From positions 23,452 to 87,451 of IMG/VR virus record IMGVR_UViG_3300008120_009632: a stretch of DNA of 64,000 nucleotides. One strand, written 5' to 3'. This DNA comes from a virus. This document shows positions 19,136 to 29,993 of the stretch, in pieces; position 1 is the stretch's first letter; each line of letters begins with the position of its first letter. A program made the position numbers and the translations under genes. Under the pieces are notes generated by a model. It was given only the letters and a program-made list of their open reading frames with translations, made no database searches and was not told the DNA's origin.

Positions 19136-20380
19136 TTATATTTCTAGCAGTCCTGGAAATCTAGGATTTTGATCTTTGATAGATATTAAATCTGCGAACA
19201 CAACAGGAATATTATTTATTCTCCACCAGCTTGAAGGATAATCTGTTTCTAGTCTGGAAATTTGGAACTTCACAGTATCATTTCTTATATATCGGGCCTG
19301 TTGTTGTTTAGTATAATACCAAAAACTATTTTGATTCCAAAAAGAAACGTGTGTAGGATCTTGAAATGCTCCTCTACCATCTGTTGATGGAACTTGTATA
19401 AAGACCCATCCTCCATGAACTAAAACTCTATGTATTTCTTTCATAGTTTTAAATGGATCTCGTAAATGTTCTATCACATGACTAGCATTAACAACATAAC
19501 AGGAATTATCTGGCATTGGTATTTCATCATTTAAATCACAAATAATATCTGATCCTTCTTGATCAATTGATATGTATCCTTTTCTACCATCTATGCCTCC
19601 GCCTATATCTATCATTTTTAGATTCTTTAGTTCAGCATCTCTTTCTGCAAGGCTTTGAATCCATTTATTTCTAAGTTGTACTGTTCCTGTTTGTATTTCT
19701 TTATTTCTTTCTAACCATGTATTTTCTCCATGTATCCTGTAAATGTATAATGGTTCTGGTATATGATAAAATTTAGTAATTAAATATGTTCTAATTATTA
19801 ATTCTTGATCATCTAATATAGATAAGTTATCATTATGGCCGCCAACTTTATGGTAAATTTCTTTTCTCCATGATCTAACATGATCTGGCGCGAACCATAT
19901 TAATGATACTGAATGACTACTTGGTTCAAATGATTGAGGAACCCATAAGCTTTTTCCATTATAGGATATTTTTTGGTGTTTCCATCCGTATGCTGTGTTA
20001 TATGGTTTAAAGTTCTCGTTAAGTTTAGCATTATCAGAATAAACAAATCCAACATCAGGATGATTCTCGTATGCTTGTTTTAGTTTTTCTAAGCATTGAG
20101 GTAATAGTATATCATCATGATCAACTTCTACCAAAATATCTCCAGAACCTAAATTAAATGCTTTATTTTTATGGTATCCTACATTAGTATTATTAGAATA
20201 GTCACAATATATTTTAACTCTATTATCTGGTGTTAAAAAATTAAAATGATCATGCGTTGCAGATCCATTGATATATATAATCCATTCCCAATTTTGATAG
20301 GTTTGTTTAGTAATAGATTGATATAATTCTTGTATATATGAAGTATTTTTATGTGTGGGAGTTATAATAGAAAATTTCAT
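19136..20380 (-). CDS. GT2 glycosyltransferase fused to class I SAM methyltransferase
   Basis: FSIITPT, QTY.NWE, VDHDD, DD.EL; C-terminal DIGGG, SHVIEHL, DPTH. Confidence 0.88.
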   Translation of the reverse strand: MKFSIITPTHKNTSYIQELYQSITKQTYQNWEWIIYINGSATHDHFNFLTPDNRVKIYCDYSNNTNVGYHKNKAFNLGSGDILVEVDHDDILLPQCLEKLKQAYENHPDVGFVYSDNAKLNENFKPYNTAYGWKHQKISYNGKSLWVPQSFEPSSHSVSLIWFAPDHVRSWRKEIYHKVGGHNDNLSILDDQELIIRTYLITKFYHIPEPLYIYRIHGENTWLERNKEIQTGTVQLRNKWIQSLAERDAELKNLKMIDIGGGIDGRKGYISIDQEGSDIICDLNDEIPMPDNSCYVVNASHVIEHLRDPFKTMKEIHRVLVHGGWVFIQVPSTDGRGAFQDPTHVSFWNQNSFWYYTKQQQARYIRNDTVKFQISRLETDYPSSWWRINNIPVVFADLISIKDQNPRFPGLLEI

Positions 20381-20415
20381 AATATGTCCATGAGAATAAC
20401 TATTGCATATCTAAT

Positions 20416-20443
20416 ATAATAGTTACAGATCCAAAATAGTCCA
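20416..20443 (-). promoter_or_regulatory. sigma70-like promoter TGGACT-N16-TATTAT
   Basis: Intergenic, same 16-bp spacing as the 11020, 44788 and 50004 sites. Confidence 0.45.
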
Positions 20444-20453
20444 GATAATCTAT

Positions 20454-21074
20454 TTAAATTGTGTTTTGATCAACAAAGCCAAAGCAAAGAGTACAATAAT
20501 ACTCTGGAACTGTATAATTAAAAGTTACTGTGCTTGCTGTACCGTCTATTCTAATAATATTAAATCCTTCTTCTCCAGTAAATTGATAATATTGAGTACC
20601 ATTTACTCCGCTCTGATATGTTGTATCCATACTCCAAATTGGAGTAAATGGCACTGATACTATAACAGGAACAGGTAGTCCAGGTTGGCCAACACTAGCA
20701 AATGCGACCAAAGCATCTGTAACAGATTCGCTAAAAACTGCTGTGAATATTCCTGCTTGACTATTTAATATTTGAGTTCCACTAATTGGAATACCATATT
20801 GTTCTGGAAAAGTAGATGCTCCATACATACCATCATGAGTATTCATACCTCCGCCGTCTTGAGTAATTGACACCGTAATATCATTCTGGCCAATTCCAGA
20901 TGCTGAAGTTGCTGTGACAGAATTAATTGTCATCCATTGAAAACCAGAACTACCAAAAGAGGTTGTTGAATATACTATATTATTTCCTAAAAATATTTTA
21001 GAAATATTATTGCTTCCTAATTTAGCAGAGTTAATGTTGAAACTATTTAAGTATAGATCGCTATCTATTGGCAT
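20454..21074 (-). CDS. Putative fibre-tip / receptor-binding protein
   Basis: N-terminal KLGSNNISKIFLGNNIVY motif followed by a beta-rich domain; directly downstream of the collagen fibre. Confidence 0.6.
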   Translation of the reverse strand: MPIDSDLYLNSFNINSAKLGSNNISKIFLGNNIVYSTTSFGSSGFQWMTINSVTATSASGIGQNDITVSITQDGGGMNTHDGMYGASTFPEQYGIPISGTQILNSQAGIFTAVFSESVTDALVAFASVGQPGLPVPVIVSVPFTPIWSMDTTYQSGVNGTQYYQFTGEEGFNIIRIDGTASTVTFNYTVPEYYCTLCFGFVDQNTI

Positions 21075-21083
21075 AAAGATTTC

Positions 21084-22969
21084 TTAATCATTGATTATAT
21101 ATAATGTATTTGGGTCGGGACTACTTATACTATCATAATTAGTTTGACTAAGTTGAACAATATTAGTAATAGTAGAGGCTCCTGTTATGCCAGTTATATC
21201 ACTAACAACCAAGTTATTAGGAAGTATTGCCTGTTCGCCTTGGTAACCCTGACTACCTTGTTCGCCTTGGTAGCCCTGATCACCTTGGTAACCCTGACTA
21301 CCTTGTTCGCCTTGGTAGCCCTGATCACCTTGGTAACCCTGACTACCTTGGTCTCCTTGATATCCTTGATCGCCCTGATAGCCTTGATCTCCTTGGTAAC
21401 CTTGTTCTCCTTGGTAGCCTTGATCACCTTGATAACCTTGGTAACCCTGATTTCCGTCATTACCTTGGTAACCCTGATCTCCTTGAAAACCTTGATCACC
21501 TTGGAATCCCTGAGTTCCTCCATTACCATCAGCACCTTGAGCACCTTGATCACCTTGGTAGCCTTGATCGCCTTGATCGCCTTGAAAACCTTGATTGCCA
21601 TCTGGGCCTTGAGACCCTTGTGGGCCTTCTAATCCTTGATTTCCGTCCGGACCTTGGTTTCCGTCCGGACCTTGGAATCCTTGATTACCATCTTGCCCCG
21701 GAAGGCCTTGATTGCCATCTGGTCCTTGGTTTCCAGAATCTCCTTGAGATCCTTGGAATCCAATATCTCCTTGGTTACCTTGATATCCTTGTTCCCCCTG
21801 ATAACCTTGATAACCTTGATCTCCTTGAAAACCTTGATCGCCCTGATAGCCTTGGTAACCCTGGTCGCCTTGTGGACCTTGATTACCAGAAAATCCTGCC
21901 TCTCCTTGATAACCTTGATCACCTTGATATCCCTGATAGCCTTGATCTCCTTGGTATCCTTGTTCACCTTGATAGCCTTGTTCGCCTTGATAACCTTGAT
22001 CTCCTTGAAAACCTTGAGCACCATCATTACCTTGAAATCCTTGATCCCCTTGATTTCCTTGATTACCCTGTTCACCTTGGTAGCCTTGTTCACCTTGGGA
22101 TCCTTGATCACCCTTGCTAAGAACTAATGTCCAATTTCCAGGATATGCTACTGGATTATAACCAGCAGCACCAATATAAGCTGTCATAACATACAATGAT
22201 CCGTTATATGTAATTGCCTGACCTTCTGAGTAAGTCACGCCGTCATTATATGCTCCTAAATAATTAAATGCTTGAGATCCTTGAGGACCAGCATCTCCTT
22301 GTGGACCTTGATCTCCTTGACTACCTTGCGGACCAGAATCTCCTTGAGATCCCTGATCTCCTTGCACTCCTTGATCTCCCTGAGATCCCTGATCTCCTTG
22401 ACTTCCCTGACTACCTTGAGATCCTTGGTCTCCTTGGTTTCCTTGATTCCTTGAGATCCCTGATCTCCTTGCACTCCTTGATCTCCCTGAGATCCCTGAT
22501 CTCCTTGACTTCCCTGACTACCTTGAGATCCTTGGTCTCCTTGGTTTCCTTGATGGCCTTGTTCTCCTTGGAGTCCTTGATTACCATCTGGCCCTTGGTT
22601 ACCGTCTGGCCCTTGATTACCGTCTGGCCCTTGATTACCGTCTGGACCTTGATTACCGTCTGGACTACCTTGAAAACCTTGCGGACCAGTATCTCCTTGA
22701 TCTCCTTTGGACCCCTGACTACCTTGAGAGCCTTGAACCCCTTGATATCCTTGAGGGCCTTGAACTCCTTGAAAGCCTTGGTTACCTTGGGTTCCTAAAC
22801 TTCCTTGATATCCTTGTGGGCCTTGAGCACCAGAACCTGAGGACAATAATGAATTGACGGTTATATATTCAGTAATAGCAGACCCACTAGGGTCACTCAT
22901 TATGACTAATAAATCGTTGCCGTTTATGTTTTCATTTTCTGGTAATTCATTAATTCTAATAATAGGCAT
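21084..22969 (-). CDS. Collagen-like fibre protein with (Gly-X-Gln)n, split by a 107-bp duplication
   Basis: ORFs 22256..22969 and 21084..22367 fuse in frame (592 aa) when one repeat copy is removed. N-terminal IRINELP anchor motif, internal CBM-like insert, C-terminal LSQTNYD...DPNTLYII. Confidence 0.85.
22341..22554. repeat. Exact 107-bp tandem duplication (22341-22447 / 22448-22554)
   Basis: Both copies read tccttgagatccctgatc...ggtttccttgat. Confidence 0.92.
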
Positions 22970-22974
22970 TTATA

Positions 22975-23211
22975 TTAAACTCCTAATACGTTGCCATTAA
23001 TACTTCCGCCACCGCCACCGCCACCATAGTAGTAACTAGGATCATCAAATCTAGTTTCATATTTGGTTTCAATACTTGCAATATTAGGAGTATTGTTTAC
23101 GTATGTATTTAAAAAATCTTTATTTGTTGATCCTGTAACTTTTGTACTAATTATAATTGAACCATTTTTAATTGGATTGTTTTCTATACTCTTAACTATA
23201 TCTATAGCCAT
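22975..23211 (-). CDS. Small hypothetical protein with poly-Gly tail
   Basis: Strong AAGGAG SD; first gene after a GGTGTA motif. Confidence 0.7.
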   Translation of the reverse strand: MAIDIVKSIENNPIKNGSIIISTKVTGSTNKDFLNTYVNNTPNIASIETKYETRFDDPSYYYGGGGGGGSINGNVLGV

Positions 23212-23241
23212 AATTAAACTCCTTATTATAGTATATAATTA

Positions 23242-23252
23242 ATTTATACACC
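23242..23252 (-). promoter_or_regulatory. GGTGTA-class putative promoter (GGTGTATAAAT)
   Basis: Intergenic copy upstream of the collagen operon. Confidence 0.6.
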
Positions 23253-23281
23253 ATATGATATATTATATATTAGCCAATTAA

Positions 23282-24661
23282 CTAGAGGCTATCAATATGA
23301 GAATAACTATTATTTTTAGTACATCCAGCCTGATAATATGTAATTCCATTAATAATTACAGTATCTTGTGCTGATCTAGGATCATCAAAATCACAAACTG
23401 CTATTCTGGAAAGAACAGCATTAGTAGGAGGTGTTCCGGTTGTACTAGTATACGGATTACCACAAGGACTACCAGTATTAAAAGTATAACTATTATCCCA
23501 TGCTCTAATATTCATTTGATCAGCAATTTCATCTATTCTACAGAATAGAGCAAAATTTGTTCCAGCAGCAAATACCAATCCTACAATTTTTAACACACCT
23601 CCTATATCTGCTATTACAGCAGATCCAGAATCTCCAGGTACTATCGGATAATCTCCTCCATCTTCATATATAAAATATACAATATTATTAAATGTAATAA
23701 CATGACTATTCATAGAAACAGAGCTGGACGCTCCGACTAGATAAGGGATAAGCCTACAAGATACTGTTTCTTCCCATCCTTTTGGTCCAGTGGTTCTACC
23801 TGTAGAATATAATCTATTATTATCTGATAATAAATTATCTATTTCTAATGTTGTAGCGAATGGTAGTTTTGAAGTCATTTGTGGTAAAGTTGAGGGCTTA
23901 TGTATAGCAAATGATTGATTAGTGACTATATTATTATCTAAAAATAACACAGCACAATCAACAGTATTTCCCAATGTTTTTCTAAATGAAGAATACCTTT
24001 TGATTCTTGGGCCAGAAAGGAATAGGCCACCGGTACTAGTATCGTTACAGAGAGATCCTGGCGCTCCACTTATTGATGGGATTGGCGGCCAAGCTCTTTC
24101 TTCATATATATTATATGGATCATTTGTCTCTTGATTTTTTATTCTATCAGAAGCTAGAAATGGATTATTGCAAACAACGTGAGCATTTGTTATTCCAATA
24201 ATATTATTATCTACATTATCTATAGCTAAAAAACCCAATGTTCCAACAGTAAATGACCATTGTGTTTGTCCCCCAACTACGGAAGATGTTGCTCCGGTTG
24301 GGAATTGATATATTTCTTGTCCTCCTTTAATAGGATATAAAAATGCGGGATTTCCACGAAGTCTATTTATTTCGCTATCTAATGGTGATCTGCTATAACA
24401 TTCTATACCTGATGGCAAAGTTGATTGCTCGATAACATCTGTAGTATAAGAGTTACCTCCAATATTTACAGAAGACGGTAGAATTTCATCAGGATTTAAT
24501 TCTGATAATGGTTTTTTCTTATAAACACTAAAGACTATACCTATTTCATTTGTTCTTTGATTATTAACAAATTTATATCCTAATCCAACAGAGTGTACAT
24601 TTTCTGGAGTATCATTATACAAATCTGGTATTTGAGATTTTAACGCTTCTGTTAAATTCAT
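23282..24661 (-). CDS. Chymotrypsin-fold serine protease with N-terminal pro-like domain
   Basis: GTLG, TNAHV, DCA, GRTTG, GDSGS. Confidence 0.85.
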   Translation of the reverse strand: MNLTEALKSQIPDLYNDTPENVHSVGLGYKFVNNQRTNEIGIVFSVYKKKPLSELNPDEILPSSVNIGGNSYTTDVIEQSTLPSGIECYSRSPLDSEINRLRGNPAFLYPIKGGQEIYQFPTGATSSVVGGQTQWSFTVGTLGFLAIDNVDNNIIGITNAHVVCNNPFLASDRIKNQETNDPYNIYEERAWPPIPSISGAPGSLCNDTSTGGLFLSGPRIKRYSSFRKTLGNTVDCAVLFLDNNIVTNQSFAIHKPSTLPQMTSKLPFATTLEIDNLLSDNNRLYSTGRTTGPKGWEETVSCRLIPYLVGASSSVSMNSHVITFNNIVYFIYEDGGDYPIVPGDSGSAVIADIGGVLKIVGLVFAAGTNFALFCRIDEIADQMNIRAWDNSYTFNTGSPCGNPYTSTTGTPPTNAVLSRIAVCDFDDPRSAQDTVIINGITYYQAGCTKNNSYSHIDSL

Positions 24662-24671
24662 AATGTTTCTC

Positions 24672-27026
24672 CTAGTTGTAGTCTGTCCATGCTATAAACA
24701 TGGTTTTTAGGGTTTCTGGCAATGTAGGGGTTGGTGTTGGTGTTAGAGTTGCGGTAGGGGTAGGTGTTGAAGAAGATCCTGGTGATTTTGTTGGTGTTGG
24801 TGTCAATGTGGCTGTTGGGGTTTGTGTTACTGTTACTGTTGGAGTTGGCGTTTGGGCTCCAAATAATAATTCACACGAGGCTTTGTAGAGATATTCTGAT
24901 CCATTACTACCTGATCTTCCACTTGCAGAAAGATAAACCATATCTCCACTGCTAGATATTGCAACACCAGTCATATATCTGATTACCGGTTCATTTTGAT
25001 CTGATAATTGAACCCAAGAATCGCCACCATCTTTGCTAACGATATAAGAATAAGTTCCATATCTTATTCCAACTATAGTATTTAAATTATTAGAACATGT
25101 TAAATTTCCAGCAAACCCATCTATATATTGTATATTTGTCCAAGTTAATCCTCCATCAAGACTTCTCCATATTCCGTTAGCAACATCTGGTCTACCATAA
25201 CCAGTTCCATTTTCTCTTACAGATACTATCATTTTTGTGCCATCAGAAGACACACATCCGCCACTTAAATTAACTACAGGATTTGGTCCTAGAACATATG
25301 GTGTCCATGAAAATCCACCATTAGTACTGATGAAAACATGGCCAGCTGAGAAACTATTTCCAACAGCTAATAGTTTTGAACCATCGCTAGAGCAAGCAAT
25401 GGAGCTTATTGCAAAAGATACGTCCGACGTTATACTATAAGAAGTCCAATTTAGACCATAATCTGTTGTTTTTAAGATGTTTCTATAATTTCTTTCTACC
25501 ACATATATAGTGCTTCCATCGTCTGATGAGCATATACTAGAAGCTTCTATATCAAATCTGGTTGGCGAAGCAACAGAAAATTGGGTTGCTTGATCCCAAG
25601 ATGCTCCACTATTACTTGATATCCATATATTATCGCTATCATGTATTACTCCAATCTGTCCATTTTTAGAGATAAAACATGATATTAAAGAAGATGGCGC
25701 TAATATTTTTGTCCATGTTGTTCCTCCGTTAGAACTAATATGAACTCCTATCGCGTTGGCATCAGCTGAACTTGAGTTTGCAACTGCAATTAATTTTTGT
25801 CCATCAGCAGAACAGGATATGTCTGTCCAATACCCAGCAGTATTTATTATTTTTTGAAAATAGTTACAAGCATTGATTATTGGTGAACTTACTGTTGGGG
25901 TTGGAGTCGGAGTTGAGGTGGCTGTTGGTGTCGGAGTATTTGTTGCTATCGGACACATTAGTAATAAATTATCTCTATTATCATCATTTGGATTATTATA
26001 GATAATATTTGAAATTATATATTCACCAGCTATAGGAGTAGTAAAAGGATTTAATATATCAGGAGTATTAGACCATACTGCTCCTGAAGTTAATCCAGAA
26101 ATAGATCCACCAAAAGCAACTTGTTGCCATCCTTCAAAACAAGATGTATCTGGGTTAAAAAAAGCAACAGTAGGTGTTGGCGTAGGAGTACATGTAGATG
26201 TGGCACTAGGAGTTGGGTTTGCTGCTGATGTTGCTGTTGGGGTTTGTGTTACCGTTGCTGTTGGAGTTGGTGTTACCGTTGCTGTTGGAGTTGGTGTTAC
26301 TTGTGGACAATTACTATCAGCAGTTACGAATCCAGAAATGATTTGATCTTTAACATAGCCTGATACTAGACCATTTTCTTTCACTTTCCATTGTCCAAAA
26401 AGACTATCTGAATAAAATGAATCTATCATTTCTAAATTCATTTTCCATAACTGATCAATATTATCATAATATATATATGTGTTTAAATTAATATCTAACC
26501 AAATATAATAACCAATATATACAAAAGTAAAATCTCGTAATCCACCACTTGTATATGGAATAGAACAACCGTATATTCTAAATGGATATGGAGTGTCATT
26601 ATTACATTCTTCAATATCTTGATGACGTGTTTTATTTACTATATTAGTATCTATAGATTTACTATATTGATTTTTATTCATAGAATAAACTATAGATAAT
26701 TTTTGTTTACATAATCTGTAAAGAGATGTTTGCGGCCATCCGTTGCTAAAGTCACCAGTTTCTAAATTAAATTGATTTGTTCTTATAGCTTCTGCTATTT
26801 TATTTATATATATAGATCTAGCTTCATTAATTCCATTCTCTTTAAAATTAAATTTTTTGTTTTGATTTAGTACTGGATCAAACTCTATTTTTTCTTCTCC
26901 ATATTCTGAATATTTTTCATTATATGTTTTTTGATATTGTTTAGATAATATTGGTTTATCATTGATACCTGTATTTAATATTACTCCTGAAATCTCTGTA
27001 GTTTTAGGATTAAAAATATGTGACAT
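24672..27026 (-). CDS. Surface protein: N-terminal anchor-like domain, Thr-Pro stalks, Asp-box/BNR beta-propeller
   Basis: Repeated S.(N/D)GG.(T/S)W Asp-boxes with S.DG..L strands; three TPTPT blocks. Confidence 0.85.
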   Translation of the reverse strand: MSHIFNPKTTEISGVILNTGINDKPILSKQYQKTYNEKYSEYGEEKIEFDPVLNQNKKFNFKENGINEARSIYINKIAEAIRTNQFNLETGDFSNGWPQTSLYRLCKQKLSIVYSMNKNQYSKSIDTNIVNKTRHQDIEECNNDTPYPFRIYGCSIPYTSGGLRDFTFVYIGYYIWLDINLNTYIYYDNIDQLWKMNLEMIDSFYSDSLFGQWKVKENGLVSGYVKDQIISGFVTADSNCPQVTPTPTATVTPTPTATVTQTPTATSAANPTPSATSTCTPTPTPTVAFFNPDTSCFEGWQQVAFGGSISGLTSGAVWSNTPDILNPFTTPIAGEYIISNIIYNNPNDDNRDNLLLMCPIATNTPTPTATSTPTPTPTVSSPIINACNYFQKIINTAGYWTDISCSADGQKLIAVANSSSADANAIGVHISSNGGTTWTKILAPSSLISCFISKNGQIGVIHDSDNIWISSNSGASWDQATQFSVASPTRFDIEASSICSSDDGSTIYVVERNYRNILKTTDYGLNWTSYSITSDVSFAISSIACSSDGSKLLAVGNSFSAGHVFISTNGGFSWTPYVLGPNPVVNLSGGCVSSDGTKMIVSVRENGTGYGRPDVANGIWRSLDGGLTWTNIQYIDGFAGNLTCSNNLNTIVGIRYGTYSYIVSKDGGDSWVQLSDQNEPVIRYMTGVAISSSGDMVYLSASGRSGSNGSEYLYKASCELLFGAQTPTPTVTVTQTPTATLTPTPTKSPGSSSTPTPTATLTPTPTPTLPETLKTMFIAWTDYN

Positions 27027-27050
27027 TATAATAACCTTTATTTTATATTA

Positions 27051-29990
27051 TTAAGTATTTAAAATAATACCATGACCAGTACTTGTTGCGGTTACCCATC
27101 CAGGGAGACTATTACTCTGAGTAGCATAAGTCCAATAATTAGCTGTTGTGTTATTAGAGTTAGTTCCAGCATAATATGCCGCTTTATACCATTCATTTTC
27201 ATCAGGAATAAAGTAAAGAGCACAATTTGACCTGAGCCAGCCACTAACGCTGCTATCAAACGAGGATCCATTATTATCAAATTGATAAACTCCACTTTGT
27301 TGATATTTCCATCCATTCTGTTTATTATTATGCAACCAATTGATATATCTACAAGCCATTTTTCTATTAATAAATCTCACAGGCTTGTATAACATATTTG
27401 TTTGTTCTGTAAAAACATATGGATTTGCTATAGTGCCGCTACCTGATCTATTTATACCACCATAGCATCCACTCATGTATGGATGATATACCCATTCTAC
27501 AACAGTTGGAGAAGTATTACTTTGTCCATCTATTCCTGTGGTCGCAGTACTATTTAAAAATTGAGTGTATTCTGAATTATTTACTGGATAAATACCAATT
27601 TGGTATGAATAATTAACAGAACCATATCCTGTGTCAGGATCACTATTATTTCCTGTTGGTGGAGAACCTATATCAGTTATTGGTATCATTCCACTAAAAT
27701 TATATGGATTAGTATATGACCCTACTCTAAATCCAATATAATCATCATATTGATTATTGGTGTCAGTGTCAAATGAGAATCTTGCATATTTTCCAATAAT
27801 AGTACTATTAAACGAACCTCCTCTATAAATATATCCACTACTTTGACTTATAGAATTTGTAATATAACATACTTCTAAAATATTTCCATCTTGGTCATAA
27901 GTTCCATAAGAACTTGGACCACCATTCGTTCCTACTCTAGTAACGCTAGCAAATCTTCTTAACTCTGGAGGTTTGCCAGGACAATCAGAACTACAATATC
28001 CCCAAATAGACCTATTGTTATAGTTTGCATAATTTTGATAAGCATTATCACAACTTTCTGCACACCTAACAGCGACATAGTTTGATACACTATAAGGAAT
28101 ATCTATTCTAGATAGTGTTACTTTAGCAATAGCATTACTATTATTATTTAATGCTAATAAAGAAGTGATTCTATTAGGACTACCGCTAGCTCCACCAAAT
28201 GATACTCTACCACTATTAGGCATAAATATTACATCTTCAGTGCTTGAAGACAGAGTAAAGGAATATATTTTTCCAGGTTGAGGGTCTGTTACATTCATTA
28301 CTAATGGGACATATTGATCACATAGTCCACCGCTAATGTTAATAATATTTTGAGATAGTGGTGACTGAAATGCTATTCCAGCTTTATCTAATTGAGAAAT
28401 AGTTGGCAATAAATTTTGATCTAAAGATATTCTTAAAGAATCATTACAACCAGGACAATAATCAGTAGATATGTCTAAATTTAAAGTATTATAAATATCT
28501 ATATCTTTATAGATTCTAAGCTCATCTTGTTCTAGATGGTTATAGTCTAAATTAGTATTAAATATAATTGTTCCATATATATCATTTGGTTTAAATTTTA
28601 AAATAGCATTAAGATAATAGTTGTCAGATGATGCAATAAAGGAACCGGAGAGTGGTTCTATTCTACTAGGCCAATTTGATCCTTCTGAAGAAAATCCATA
28701 AAAATATTTTTGTCCAATATTTAGATTTGATATCTTAGCTTTTATTGGAAAAATATAATTACCAGATGATGCATTTTCTAGATTCTCTAATTGAACTGAT
28801 GGACAGTAATTCTGTGATAAAGCATAGTTATATTTATTATATGAATTAGCATCAATAGAATTTTCTATAAGATATTTCATATCTTTTTTATTTATAAAAC
28901 TATTGATAATATCATTACCAGTAATGATCAATGGAATAGTTTGTTCTACTGATGCTTGATATTCTGAAGATATGACATTTCCAGTTAAATCACATATTAC
29001 GGCTGTTGGATCTTCATCACTTTTATTACCATATTTCCAATACTTGTTATTTAATACATCATAATATGCAGCTTTATACCATTCGTTCTCGCTTGGTAAG
29101 AAATATTTTGCTGTATCTTGTCTGTAGCATCCAGATACAGTTATGGGATTAGTATATAATGAAGCTATATCATACGATCCTGATGTGATACTTAGAATAT
29201 CCGACTGTTGGTCATTTGTAAGCCAATTGCAATATTGTGCTGCCATTATCCATTTAATAAATGTAACTGGTTTATTACCAAAATTATTTTTTACAGAATA
29301 TAGGAATCCTACATCATTGCAACTGTTAAAGGCGATGCCTCCAACTGGCGACTCATTCATTCTTTCATCGTATATCTGATATTTTTTTGATCCGGATGGG
29401 TCTATTATATTTAAATAATTACAATATTCTGTATTAGTAACTAATTGATCTTGTATATTATATAAATAATTAACCTGACCTAATTTAGAATCTAAACCAT
29501 ATTCACAATTATCTGGAGTATTTCCAGTATCTGATATAGTTGTATATATACTATTTGAATTTAATGGTTTTGCTGTATTAGATGATTCATTATTAGCAAC
29601 TCTAAATCCTATGCATCCATAATCTAGCATTGAAAAAATATCAAAATGCTTACTGTGCTCTTTGCTTAAATTAGCTGGATCTGTATCAGCAAAACATCCA
29701 CCTCTTAATATTTTTAGATTATTGTTTTTTTGAGATAATCCAGATTTAAATAATGATGACGTGGATGGTGGCAATTCAGAGAATGGGCAAGAATCAGTCC
29801 ATTGATATAGTTGTCCAGCCATATCATATATTGAGTATGCTGATGAATCTCCATTAGATCCTGTAACCGTAACATTACCATTGATAGAATTATTCCAGTT
29901 GGCTAATTTTTTATAATTAGCAGTAGTAGTACTAGAATTTTTAGGTTCTATATTAATTACTAATTCTATATTAGAGTATATATTATTCAT
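27051..29990 (-). CDS. Protein with two circularly permuted FGE-sulfatase (C-type lectin fold) domains flanking beta-sandwich-like repeats
   Basis: Two copies of D..G...(Q/E), RGG, IGFRV followed by G.VNY.Y.I, N.EY..(Y/F)LN, KPV, P.ENEWYKAAYY. Confidence 0.85.
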   Translation of the reverse strand: MNNIYSNIELVINIEPKNSSTTTANYKKLANWNNSINGNVTVTGSNGDSSAYSIYDMAGQLYQWTDSCPFSELPPSTSSLFKSGLSQKNNNLKILRGGCFADTDPANLSKEHSKHFDIFSMLDYGCIGFRVANNESSNTAKPLNSNSIYTTISDTGNTPDNCEYGLDSKLGQVNYLYNIQDQLVTNTEYCNYLNIIDPSGSKKYQIYDERMNESPVGGIAFNSCNDVGFLYSVKNNFGNKPVTFIKWIMAAQYCNWLTNDQQSDILSITSGSYDIASLYTNPITVSGCYRQDTAKYFLPSENEWYKAAYYDVLNNKYWKYGNKSDEDPTAVICDLTGNVISSEYQASVEQTIPLIITGNDIINSFINKKDMKYLIENSIDANSYNKYNYALSQNYCPSVQLENLENASSGNYIFPIKAKISNLNIGQKYFYGFSSEGSNWPSRIEPLSGSFIASSDNYYLNAILKFKPNDIYGTIIFNTNLDYNHLEQDELRIYKDIDIYNTLNLDISTDYCPGCNDSLRISLDQNLLPTISQLDKAGIAFQSPLSQNIINISGGLCDQYVPLVMNVTDPQPGKIYSFTLSSSTEDVIFMPNSGRVSFGGASGSPNRITSLLALNNNSNAIAKVTLSRIDIPYSVSNYVAVRCAESCDNAYQNYANYNNRSIWGYCSSDCPGKPPELRRFASVTRVGTNGGPSSYGTYDQDGNILEVCYITNSISQSSGYIYRGGSFNSTIIGKYARFSFDTDTNNQYDDYIGFRVGSYTNPYNFSGMIPITDIGSPPTGNNSDPDTGYGSVNYSYQIGIYPVNNSEYTQFLNSTATTGIDGQSNTSPTVVEWVYHPYMSGCYGGINRSGSGTIANPYVFTEQTNMLYKPVRFINRKMACRYINWLHNNKQNGWKYQQSGVYQFDNNGSSFDSSVSGWLRSNCALYFIPDENEWYKAAYYAGTNSNNTTANYWTYATQSNSLPGWVTATSTGHGIILNT

Positions 29991-29993
29991 AGT

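Noticed and set aside
21144-22798. Many long alternative-frame and antisense ORFs over the collagen gene
   Set aside because: By-products of the 9-bp periodic repeat lacking stops in other frames; low-complexity translations
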